Shown here: positions 17,847-28,100 of the stretch, one piece after another | Layout of the letters: each line of letters opens with the position of its first letter | How positions within the stretch are numbered: the first letter of the stretch is position 1 | Virus record (IMG/VR): IMGVR_UViG_3300047201_000017 | Span: 1-51,795 of that record | Direction: 5' to 3' (one strand) | DNA from: a virus | Lineage: Duplodnaviria; Caudoviricetes | Length of the DNA: 51,795 nt | The notes under the pieces: model-generated | What the model saw: only the letters and a program-made list of their open reading frames with translations | The model's database searches: none | What the model was told of the DNA's origin: nothing | Made by a program: the position numbers and the translations under genes

Positions 17847-18167
17847 ATGAAGATACCTATAAAGGTTAAAATAGCAGGATATGATTATCGTGTTAAATAT
17901 CCATACACGTTTAAGAATTATAAATTAGCAGCTGAGGTTAATCATGATAAACATGAGATTATGATTGCGAGTCATAGTTCTAAAACCGAAAAAAAGGCAC
18001 GTTCTGAAATAGAACAAAGTCTTCTACATGAGATTGTGCATGCAGTAAATACTCGATACTTACCAAGAAAAAATAGGTTATATGAAGGTCAAGTTGAACA
18101 GATTTCTGAAGGTTTGTATCAAGTTTTAAAAGATAATAAATTAACATTCGGTAATAGGAAAAAGTGA
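17847..18167 (+). CDS. HEXXH zinc-metallopeptidase-like small protein
   Basis: SLLHEIVHAV...E..VEQISEGLYQVLKDN. Confidence 0.7.
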   Translation: MKIPIKVKIAGYDYRVKYPYTFKNYKLAAEVNHDKHEIMIASHSSKTEKKARSEIEQSLLHEIVHAVNTRYLPRKNRLYEGQVEQISEGLYQVLKDNKLTFGNRKK

Positions 18168-18168
18168 A

Positions 18169-19074
18169 ATGGATGGCAAGACTCTTACTAGGGAGTTAAG
18201 ACAAGCACTTGCAGAACAGTCCGATTCTGTATATCTTGATGATAAATCCAGTTATGACTATATTTACGAAGCGGCAGTCGCTACGACTATGCGGACGGAT
18301 TGTTTTACTACTTCATCTACGATTGCAACTTTGGCATCCACTACAACATACAGGTTGCCATACGATTTCCTTAAACTATACTTGAAAGACAGTAATGGCA
18401 GTTTCTTTATTAAGTATTACAATGGAACCAACTATTATTTTATCTATCCTGACACTTACGACAATATGGTGTTGGCAAATAATACTACCACACAGTCAAT
18501 TCCAAACAGTTTTGCGATAATTCCGTATACTCCCGTGTCTACTGTAAGTGGATTGGCAGCCATAAATGGTGCCACTACTGGTTTAGGAGGGAAATGTTTA
18601 CTTACTGGTTCAGGATCGCTTGCAAATGTATATCCTGGAGATACAGTTCAAAACCCAACGGACGGAAGTAATGGGTATGTTGTTTTAACTGATACTGCAA
18701 GCACTGTTTACACGGCATTGTTTGATGGAACAAATAACGATTGGAGTACTAGCGATATTTATACTATTGCTCCCCAAGGACGGTTTGCTTTAGTATTAGA
18801 TCCTCCTCCTACAACTGCAGGTCATATAGTTACTGTATACTATATAAGAAAACCCGATCCGGTATATGCTCTATACGAGAGTTACCAGTTTGCACCGCAT
18901 TTCAAACCAATCATAATTGCCTATGCTGCATGGCGGTACAAGTATCGAGATCGTGAACCTAATTACGGTGATGCTTGGTACAAGACGTGGGACATGGGAT
19001 GTAGGATGTATGGTACGGCATTCAATGATGCTATTGACAGGAAAGGATTTAAGGTAAGTTTTATAAAGAAGTAA
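18169..19074 (+). CDS. Head-tail adaptor (tail tubular protein A-like) with inserted beta domain
   Basis: YRLPYDFLK, LDPPP, VYYIRKP, FKPIIIAYAAW motifs; precedes nozzle. Confidence 0.7.
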   Translation: MDGKTLTRELRQALAEQSDSVYLDDKSSYDYIYEAAVATTMRTDCFTTSSTIATLASTTTYRLPYDFLKLYLKDSNGSFFIKYYNGTNYYFIYPDTYDNMVLANNTTTQSIPNSFAIIPYTPVSTVSGLAAINGATTGLGGKCLLTGSGSLANVYPGDTVQNPTDGSNGYVVLTDTASTVYTALFDGTNNDWSTSDIYTIAPQGRFALVLDPPPTTAGHIVTVYYIRKPDPVYALYESYQFAPHFKPIIIAYAAWRYKYRDREPNYGDAWYKTWDMGCRMYGTAFNDAIDRKGFKVSFIKK

Positions 19075-19075
19075 T

Positions 19076-22000
19076 ATGCCTAAGGATGCTCCTCTACAGT
19101 ATGTAGCATTACCATTGACAGGCAGATGGCGACCTTGTGTGCCTAGATGCACTCTTGGCGAAGGGGACTTCTCTATTCTTACCAATATGAGATATACCGA
19201 TACGGGAATCAAGAGCGTATCGGGTATGACTAAAATCAACTCTAACGTAATAAATGCCACTTATCTTAAAACAAGAAGTGCGATTCATTACAAGAAAGAC
19301 AAGCCAGTGGAAACCCATGTTCTTGTGCAGGCATACAATTCTGCTGAAACCGCATCACAAGTTCTGGAGAACACAACTGCAATAGGCAATACAGGACAGT
19401 TTAGTGCAACTGCATTATGGACAGATTCTTCTGGTGCAGGTATTGGAAAGTTTAGTCAAGCACCGGATGGTTGTGTTGCTTATACTAACGGAGTGGATTC
19501 CTGTATTTGGGGCGGTGTGGAATACCGATGTGCTGGTTTTATTAACTTCAACCCTGATGATGCAAACATCAAGTATGACTATACTGACAGGATCACAAAC
19601 GATTTACAGGACACTAACAATGTTGCCATATTGAAACGGTTTGGTGGAATAGATTCACATTCAATTGCATTACTGCATTTTGAGAATGCTTCTGATATAG
19701 GATTAGACTCTACAACTTATTCACATAGTTTTACCAATACCAATGTAGCAACTAATACTACTTACTATGTGTTTGGGTCAAGATCGGCATCGTTCAACGG
19801 TACGACTGCATACTTATCATTGGCAGATGATGAGCATTTCAATTTTACTGGCGGCACTTTCACTATTGAGACTAGAGTAAGGGCAGATGATGTTGCTGCG
19901 GTTAGACCTTTATACTTTCAATATACATCTGTTATTTCATTTACTAATGGTGGAAAAGGTGGATATGAAACTCATCAGGGTGATTCTATTAATGGTATAA
20001 CAAGCAGTGCGACTGCCAACATAGTAAGAATAACAGTGGATACTGGTACATGGGGTGGCGGCAATGCTGCTGGTCATTTCTATATTACCAGTCAGAGTGG
20101 AACGTTTGTAGCAGAAGAATGGCGAGAAGGTATATCCGCAGCCAATGGCAACTTTGCCGGCAATTCTGTTGTTGGCGACTATGCGATATTCTATATCAAC
20201 GCTACTGGCGGGCTTACATTTAGAATATACGATTACGATACGAGTTCTAATTTAGTGAATTTCAGTACCGCAGATAACAGTATCGCAATTAATACCTGGT
20301 ATCATATTGAATTGGACGAAAGTGGGGATGCTTTTTATATCTATATTGACGGAATTCAAAGAGCGGTTACGAGTAGCACATCGAGAATGAGAAATTATTC
20401 AAATTCAATTTATATCGGATATGATGGGACGAACTATTTTGATGGTCTGCTGGACGAGTATAGAATTTGCGATAACTCACAGCATTCTAGTGGAAGTGCA
20501 TTTACTATCCCAGTCGTTGCGTATAGTTTATCTACTGGCATTAATGTGTATTTAGGTACAACTAGACCTATTACGGGTGTAAAGTTCTATGTTTTAGAAG
20601 CTAGTAAGAATACCCAGGCTAGCACTTCTGCAGTTAATTATTGGAACGGTTCTGTATGGACGGCAGTAACCAGTTCGACTGATGGTACGGTTACGTCTGG
20701 CGTTACACTTGCCAAAACAGGGACTATTTCGTTCTTAATAGGAGCCACTACTTCTACTACCGTGGCGGCAGCCAAGACTAAAGTATTGTTTAAGAAAATG
20801 GCATATTGGTATTATTTCACATTTACTGGCACGGATAACAACATTGGTGTTTATTATGTAACTGTAGATGCACCATTTCAACAAATCGTTGATTTGTGGG
20901 ATGGTGTTCCAAGAACTACTTATAAGTTCCTTATTTACAATGCTACTCTAGCTGAATATACCGATCTTACTACCAATATTCTAGCGGAAGAGTACAATCC
21001 AGATGACTATACGAGTTATGCAGACGTAGGACCGTGGAATATTTTGTCGTTCACTAGCGGTGGGACTTACGAGATGAAGGTTGGTGATACGGTTACTGGA
21101 GCAGTAAGTGGCGCAAGTGCGTATGTTGAAAAGGTTATTATAACTTCAGGCACGTGGGCAGCGGGGACTGCGGTTGGTACTTTATTAATATCAAGTCAGC
21201 ACGGTACATTTCAAGCTGAAAGTCTCAAGATTGGGTTGCTTACGGACATTGCCACAATTTCAGGAGATTCTTCTAAGTCTGACAATTACGTACTTATGGG
21301 ATTCTATGATAGGTTGACTGCTATTGAAGTAATACTTGGGAGTACCAATGTCAATACTAATAATGCCTATTGCACTATATACTATTGGTCTGGTGCGGCA
21401 TGGGTTAATGTAGGAACGTTAGATGATGGAACGTTTCAAAGCAATAAGACATTCAATCATAGTGGAGTCATATCGTGGAATGCTCCTAGCGAATCTTCTG
21501 AATTGCAGACTTCATTTTCCAACTCGGATCAGTTGTACTTTTATAAATTGGTATTCAGCAGTTCTCTTAGTCCAACCGTTCATGTGGATTCGATTACAGG
21601 CATACCAGCACAAATAAGTGTAAGTGGATACAAGTTCCCTGTAATGTGGCAGAACAGGTTGTTTCTATGTTCTGAAGGTTCGGATAAAGTAAATAAAGTA
21701 ATATATTCTGCAAGGAATACAGTATGTGTGTGGAATGGTCAGGACTCAGGCGAAATCCAGATTGGGGATGCACCTTCGCTTACTGCCGGAACTACTCTAT
21801 TCACTAGATACGGTGGAACGATATTCGATAACTTGATTTTAACTAAGAATAACGAAACATGGTTAATAGACGGTAACGCCCCACCCAATTATTTTGCTTA
21901 CAAAATATCCGATACGTTAGGATGCGTGGCTCCGCATACATTAATATCGTGCAGTTTGGGATATGAAATAGCCCAAGGTTTAAGTAAGCATGTCGCTATT

Positions 22001-22780
22001 TGGCAAGCTGGCGCTGGTATAGTTATGTTTGATGGCAATACTATCACTCCCATTGATGTGGATATTAACGAAATATTTACTGACGGGTTTAAGTTATGGT
22101 CTAACCTATCTGCTGAGTTCTCAACTACTCAAATATATTCTCTCTCCATAAACAAGTCTACAGCATTTTATGATGAGAATCGTAAAGAGTACCATTTCCT
22201 GTATTGTAAAAGTTATGCTACAGGAGAATACTTAAATGACGAGTTCGTCTATGATCTTATTAGAAGGAAATGGTTTAGAATGGAGAGATCAAGTCTGTCT
22301 AGTCGCAATCCATTAACGTATGGAATAACCGTCACTAAAACGACTGGTGAAAAATTAAACTATGGATTTCTGGAAACAGGATACATGGAATACCTTGAGG
22401 CCGTTTCTACTGCATTTGATGGTTTAAGTATAATCGCAGTATGTCAGACTGGTGATGCTCCTCTTGCAGGTTGGATGAATAAAACGTCTATACGATTCAT
22501 TAAACCTATATCATATTCCGGAAGCGGAACGGTTACACTTACCCACTATGGCGAGGGTGAATATACTGGTGATACGGCATTGACATATAGTTTGACTTTA
22601 TCTACACACAGTTACGTTTCTCCAATAAAACCAGTCGGGTATGGACCACATATATTTCATGGATTTAGAATGGTAGTTACTGGAGTGTCTCTATTTAGAC
22701 CTGTAGGACTAGGATTATTATATAAAGTAATTGGGCCAGAGGTTTATAAAGTACTTCCCTCAGCCGTAACGCCACGATAG
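19076..22780 (+). CDS. Tail nozzle/stabilisation protein with inserted LamG and other beta domains
   Basis: 1234 aa; LTNMRY N-terminus, WQNRLF, LGCVAPHT, FYDENRKEY, VYDL...W beta-propeller motifs; internal LamG. Confidence 0.75.
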   Translation: MPKDAPLQYVALPLTGRWRPCVPRCTLGEGDFSILTNMRYTDTGIKSVSGMTKINSNVINATYLKTRSAIHYKKDKPVETHVLVQAYNSAETASQVLENTTAIGNTGQFSATALWTDSSGAGIGKFSQAPDGCVAYTNGVDSCIWGGVEYRCAGFINFNPDDANIKYDYTDRITNDLQDTNNVAILKRFGGIDSHSIALLHFENASDIGLDSTTYSHSFTNTNVATNTTYYVFGSRSASFNGTTAYLSLADDEHFNFTGGTFTIETRVRADDVAAVRPLYFQYTSVISFTNGGKGGYETHQGDSINGITSSATANIVRITVDTGTWGGGNAAGHFYITSQSGTFVAEEWREGISAANGNFAGNSVVGDYAIFYINATGGLTFRIYDYDTSSNLVNFSTADNSIAINTWYHIELDESGDAFYIYIDGIQRAVTSSTSRMRNYSNSIYIGYDGTNYFDGLLDEYRICDNSQHSSGSAFTIPVVAYSLSTGINVYLGTTRPITGVKFYVLEASKNTQASTSAVNYWNGSVWTAVTSSTDGTVTSGVTLAKTGTISFLIGATTSTTVAAAKTKVLFKKMAYWYYFTFTGTDNNIGVYYVTVDAPFQQIVDLWDGVPRTTYKFLIYNATLAEYTDLTTNILAEEYNPDDYTSYADVGPWNILSFTSGGTYEMKVGDTVTGAVSGASAYVEKVIITSGTWAAGTAVGTLLISSQHGTFQAESLKIGLLTDIATISGDSSKSDNYVLMGFYDRLTAIEVILGSTNVNTNNAYCTIYYWSGAAWVNVGTLDDGTFQSNKTFNHSGVISWNAPSESSELQTSFSNSDQLYFYKLVFSSSLSPTVHVDSITGIPAQISVSGYKFPVMWQNRLFLCSEGSDKVNKVIYSARNTVCVWNGQDSGEIQIGDAPSLTAGTTLFTRYGGTIFDNLILTKNNETWLIDGNAPPNYFAYKISDTLGCVAPHTLISCSLGYEIAQGLSKHVAIWQAGAGIVMFDGNTITPIDVDINEIFTDGFKLWSNLSAEFSTTQIYSLSINKSTAFYDENRKEYHFLYCKSYATGEYLNDEFVYDLIRRKWFRMERSSLSSRNPLTYGITVTKTTGEKLNYGFLETGYMEYLEAVSTAFDGLSIIAVCQTGDAPLAGWMNKTSIRFIKPISYSGSGTVTLTHYGEGEYTGDTALTYSLTLSTHSYVSPIKPVGYGPHIFHGFRMVVTGVSLFRPVGLGLLYKVIGPEVYKVLPSAVTPR

Positions 22781-22790
22781 GAGAACTGAT

Positions 22791-23483
22791 ATGAACGGGT
22801 ACGCTTTAGATCCATTTTGGGCAGGTCGCACTAGGACTTTTGCTGGTCAGACTGGCGTAACTACTGGTCAGCCAGCTGATTGGGAAGGTATTGCATCCGC
22901 AGAGTTGCGAGAGCGATATTCAGGCGCACAACAGGCTAGAAACTATGCTTTGCAACGATCGCAGTTTGAACAGCAAACAGCATTGCAACAACAACAACTT
23001 GGATTGCAACGAGAAGAACTTGGAATGAAACGAGAGGGAATACAGGCAGAAACTGAAGCGGCTAGAATGGCTGGATATGGGCAAATCGCTACTACTGCTG
23101 GCCAACTTTATTTAGCAAAATCTATGTATGGTGCTGGTCAAACCGGAGGGGGATTGCTAACCAAAAGTGCTGCTACTGGAGTCACAGGTCAAGTTGGTGG
23201 CACAGGTTTTATGTCAAGTCAAATTGGGAACACTGGTCTAACCGGTGGAACTGCCATGAGTGCAGCGGGATGGGGTGCTGCTGGTGGAACCACAGGTGCA
23301 TGGTTAGGTCGTGAGTATGGTCAAAACCTTCCTTATACTGGTGGCAAAAAAGAACGAAGTGTAATGGGTGGAGTGTTGGGAGGAGCATTGGCTGGTGCGG
23401 CAGCTACTTCATGGTCTGGTCCAGGTGCAATCGTTGGCGCAATTGTAGGTGGAGTCATAGGTGCAATAGGTGGTGGAAAATAA
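22791..23483 (+). CDS. Ejection/internal virion protein (Gln-rich, Gly-rich hydrophobic C-terminus)
   Basis: Glycine-zipper GAIVGAIVGGVIGAIG; position after nozzle. Confidence 0.65.
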   Translation: MNGYALDPFWAGRTRTFAGQTGVTTGQPADWEGIASAELRERYSGAQQARNYALQRSQFEQQTALQQQQLGLQREELGMKREGIQAETEAARMAGYGQIATTAGQLYLAKSMYGAGQTGGGLLTKSAATGVTGQVGGTGFMSSQIGNTGLTGGTAMSAAGWGAAGGTTGAWLGREYGQNLPYTGGKKERSVMGGVLGGALAGAAATSWSGPGAIVGAIVGGVIGAIGGGK

Positions 23484-23898
23484 CTTTAGATTAGAACTAC
23501 GAACAATATTTGAATTGTGTAATGATTATCCAGAGATATACAAGTCAGTATTTAATGATTTTGCAACCGAAGGCAATTGCCCTTCGGAAGTGTACCTTGG
23601 CTATAAGGATGATAAACTAATTGGCTTTATGGCTGGATATATTCAAAGCAATAACACATGGTACTTGCAACGTGGCGGATTTAAAGTAGAAAATCAAAGG
23701 AAAGTAGATAATTTGCACTTATTTAATAAGGCACTAGACATAATACATGATAAGTGGTTACATATTATAGCAATGATACAAAACAATGATACTACGGCAC
23801 TTAAAATGGCTTTAATGGGCAAGTTTAAGATAATAGGTACACGAATGGATACTGCGAACAATTTATGGGTTGAGATGATCCATACTAGGGAGGTTTGA
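23470..23898 (+). CDS. GNAT-fold acetyltransferase-like protein
   Basis: IGFMAG...NxxALKMA..GKFKIIG motif; typical location among podovirus internal protein genes. Confidence 0.6.
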   Translation: MVENNFRLELRTIFELCNDYPEIYKSVFNDFATEGNCPSEVYLGYKDDKLIGFMAGYIQSNNTWYLQRGGFKVENQRKVDNLHLFNKALDIIHDKWLHIIAMIQNNDTTALKMALMGKFKIIGTRMDTANNLWVEMIHTREV

Positions 23899-23899
23899 T

Positions 23900-25129
23900 A
23901 TGCCGGACTATATGGCAGCGTTAGGACGATCAGGGGCGTTGACTAATACTTGGAAGGACTTGCTTGGGACTTACAAGGACATCCAAACTATGAAGTTGCA
24001 ACAGCAACAGTTTGGTTTGCAGCAAGAACAACTTGGTATGGAGAAACAGGAGTCCGCTCAAAGACAAGCACTTACTGCACAAACACTAAAAATGGGTGAG
24101 TTACAATATAACCAAGCCAAACAAGCAGAAGCTGATGCACAACGTAAAAAGGAGTTGGGTCAAAGGCATTGGTCGTTGGACATGTTCAAAAACCAACCTT
24201 TCTTTAACCAGTTGTATCCGGTCGCAAAAGAAATGGGGTTGATATATTCCAATACCGAAACGGGGCAGGAATCCATAAGTGGTGAGAATTGGGACTATCT
24301 CCAGGAAACTCTTGGCAAGAATCCAACCTTAACTAAAGATGTAGTTAATGGTAGACTTGCAGAATTGGCTATGCAACGCAAAGGACTAGAACAGCAAACA
24401 GCAGATCCAAAGATTAAAGAAAAAGATGCACAACAGGTAAACGAACAATTGAAGAATATTGATTCGGAAGTAGGAAGATGGATGGAAGCGGCAAAGCAAC
24501 TTGATACACAAATTGTTACTCAAAAAGAATATGAACCACAGAAGTTTGTTGACCAAAGTGGAAATATTTTTTGGGTTCAGCCAGGTCAAGAAATACCTCA
24601 AGGAGCGAGACCTTATGAAAAAGAAACTCAAGCAACATCTGCCTATAAAGTAGGTCAGTTCATAGAAAGAGATGAAGGTGCAAATAAGGTTACATATCAA
24701 GTTACTGGATTTGACGCTAACGGAATACCAACAACTAAAAAAGTAGCTACTTCTCCTAGGTATAAGGAAACCAAACCTGGTCCAGCATATGAATCTTGGG
24801 AAAAGACTGTTGATAGAAGAATCAAACAAAAGATTCAAGAGTATGGTTTAACAGATGTTGAAGCAAATGCAATTGCTACTGGTGATATTGCTTCTGCACT
24901 TGCTAGTTTAACATCTGGAAAGAGATTAACTCCTGCTGGTGCAGCAAAGTTAAAAACAGAAATACAGAAATTAGAACAAATTCGAGAGAAGGGTTTGTCT
25001 CTAATAGAACAAGGCAAAGATCCATATTCTGTATGGACGACATTGAAACCTGAAGTTATTCCTAAAAAAGAAACTAAAGCAGAAGATTATATTAAAAAAG
25101 CTATTACAGGTGCACCTAAAACAAAATGA
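23900..25129 (+). CDS. Ejection/internal virion protein
   Basis: Gln-rich coiled-coil N-terminus; position. Confidence 0.6.
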   Translation: MPDYMAALGRSGALTNTWKDLLGTYKDIQTMKLQQQQFGLQQEQLGMEKQESAQRQALTAQTLKMGELQYNQAKQAEADAQRKKELGQRHWSLDMFKNQPFFNQLYPVAKEMGLIYSNTETGQESISGENWDYLQETLGKNPTLTKDVVNGRLAELAMQRKGLEQQTADPKIKEKDAQQVNEQLKNIDSEVGRWMEAAKQLDTQIVTQKEYEPQKFVDQSGNIFWVQPGQEIPQGARPYEKETQATSAYKVGQFIERDEGANKVTYQVTGFDANGIPTTKKVATSPRYKETKPGPAYESWEKTVDRRIKQKIQEYGLTDVEANAIATGDIASALASLTSGKRLTPAGAAKLKTEIQKLEQIREKGLSLIEQGKDPYSVWTTLKPEVIPKKETKAEDYIKKAITGAPKTK

Positions 25130-28100
25130 ATGAATTACCAGCCTGGGATGAGATAACTATTAGTCCATCTTTTACTAAGTTAGATCAAAAACAGAAAAGG
25201 TCTGTGTACCAGAACTATCTTAAAGATCTTGGGCAATTAAATGTTTGGAAGGGTTTGGCTCCAAATCAGAAGGTTCAAGTTGCTAGACAGATGGAAATTG
25301 ATTCTGGTTTATATAAAGAAGAACCTAGACCATCTATTATAGAGCCGATAAAAGAAACTGCAAAGGAAGTTTGGCAACGTACTAAGGCTGCACCAGAAGT
25401 AGCCTTGACATTAGCAACTGGGCTGTTAGCATATCCTATAAGTGCTGTTGGAGAACTTGGTGCGCTTGCTGTTACTACTCCTGAGACAGCAAAACAGTAT
25501 GGGGAGTATTTAACTGAGCATTATACTTGGCAACCAAGAGGTAAAGAAGCACAAGAAGCAGTACAGACAGCAGGTCCGATTATTAGTGCTCCATTTATTC
25601 CTGCTGAGAAAGTAGGAGAAACTGTTGAGAAGAAGTATGGAACCTATTGGGGAATTATAGCTAAAAGAGGAACGGAAGCATTAACAATGGCATTAATGTC
25701 TTATGTTGGTACTGCTATTAAAACATTAAAGTCAGTAACGGAAGCAAACAAGTTTAAATCTGAATTGAAAAGTGTTATTGACCAAAAACCTACACCAGAA
25801 GCAAAGATTGAGACCGTAAGAACGATTGTAGAGAAAGTAAATAAGGAGAAAGTTAAATCTCCGATGAAAGTTATTGCAGAAGAAAAAGTAGTTAAACCAA
25901 CGCCAAAGGTTGAGTCTATTGCAAAAGAAATCCCCAAACCTCCCATGGAACCTGGGAAGTTAGAAGGAACTATAGTATATCGTGGTGGGGAAACTACATT
26001 AGATTATTTAAAAGGAACTAAAGAAGGAATTTCCGTATCAACAAAAAAGGAAATTGCAGAAATCTTTATGTCTCCCGAAGGTGGTATTGTTAGTGAGGCA
26101 CTTTTACCAAAAGGTGCAAAAATATTAAAAGAATCAGAGATACCAAAGAATATGCAGAATGCCTACATAAATGAAGCTCAAAAATTGGCTAGTATGGGCA
26201 TGGATTTATCTATAAGTGATGTTGCCTTTGAAAATTTAAGAAAATCAGTTTTATCTAAACAGCGAACAATTGTAAATTATGCTCGTAGCAAAGGATACGA
26301 TGCGGTAGATTTTCCTTTTGAAAATGAAATCAGAATTATTAAACCTGGGGTGTTGAAAGAAGTCCCCAAACCCCCCGTGCAACCTGGCAAGGTAGTCCCC
26401 AAAGAACCCTGGGAGATGACAAGGGAAGAATTTAATAAAAGTTTACCTGTAGAAAAAGAAAATTTATATGTTTATTTTTCAAATCACCTTCCTTCTCGCA
26501 ATTTACGTTCTGATAAACCTGTAACAGGTGGAAAAGAACCTGGATTAAGTGTTTTTGATGTGAGTGAAAATGTTGAGGGAGAATTTCGTATTGGAGGAGG
26601 ATATGCAGAGGAATATTTACCTGCTTTTATAAAGAATAGAAAAGCATGGTTAGTAAAAGGGGATTTCGCTGGCATAGGAAGCGATGGAGAAACAACATTA
26701 AAAAATACAAAGATTATTGCTCAAATACATCCCATTGAAGGAGAAAGAGATTGGTTTCGATTAGGAGAACACAAAGATGTTATAGAACAAGCCATCTCCG
26801 AAGGCAAATCTGTTCCTCCTGAAGTGTTAAAGGATTATCCTGATTTAATTCCCAACTCTCCCCTAGAACCTGGCAAGATTGGGGAACTTGGAAAAATTGA
26901 TGAAGTAATTGCCAAGAATAAGGATGAAGTTGTTCAGTCAAGAATCCAAGAATCACAAAAAGGACAATTAACAATTGGTCGTAAACCAAAAGAACCTTCT
27001 ATTAAAACTGGTGTATTGGAAGTAGATGCAGTTTTGAATACTACTAAAGGTTCTTTTATAGCGAATCAAAAAGACAAAATACTTAATTCGGTTAATAAGT
27101 TTAATAAGACTACACAGTTTGAATATGTAATAAAAGATTTTCCTGGATTGGTGGATGACTTCAGGTTATTCCAAACAGAAAGAAGGGCATCTATTGGCAA
27201 GGCATTTGATGCCCTAGATGGTGTGTTGGGTAAACTAAAAACAAGGAATGAGTACAAAGTATTTAATCAAGCGGTAGTATTGGAAGATTTTGCAGAACGA
27301 TCATCAAAAGGCCTTACTGTTCCTGGTAATCTTACATTAGATCAAATTAATATTGCTAAATCTGGAATAGCTAAACAGATAACACCAGAAATCCAAAATG
27401 CAGTAAATAAACATTTAGAACTTGTAGGTGCTATGAGAGATGATCTTGTATCGCATGGCAAGATTGGTGAAGATCAAGGATTCACAAATTATTATCCTCA
27501 TGTTGTACTTGATTATTTATGGAATAAAGAAGCCCAAATAGTAACTCCCAAAAAAGGTAAAGTTCCCTATCGTGGATATACAAAAGAAGCGTATGGTAGT
27601 GCTAGAGAAATACAGACAGACTATCTTGATGCTATGACTAAAAGACTATCACAGTATTTCTATGATAATGCTAAAGAGGACTTTATACGAAATACTGTTG
27701 CTAAATATGACCAGACTGAGAAGTTATTTAGTCAAATAAAGACTAAGTATAAATTTTCTGAAGACAGAAAACTAATGCCAGGAGAAGTTTTTGAAATAAA
27801 TAATAAACGATACAAGACCTTTCAGCCAGAAACCGGAAACTATGTATATCCAGCAACTACGATTACTGAAAAAGCAATTGGAAAAGTAGTTAGTGGACAA
27901 GTAGATATTGAAGATATTAAACTTGGTGAAGCACTAGCAATTGGTAGAAAAAAACCTATTTACCTTCTTGATGAAGCAATAGCCAATCGTTTAGAAAAGT
28001 TCAGTTCTTCTCCAAGTGAATTAGAGATTCTAAGAACTTTAAATAAACTTACTAGCAAATGGAAAGGACTAACAATTGATTTTGGAGGTACAGCATGGAA

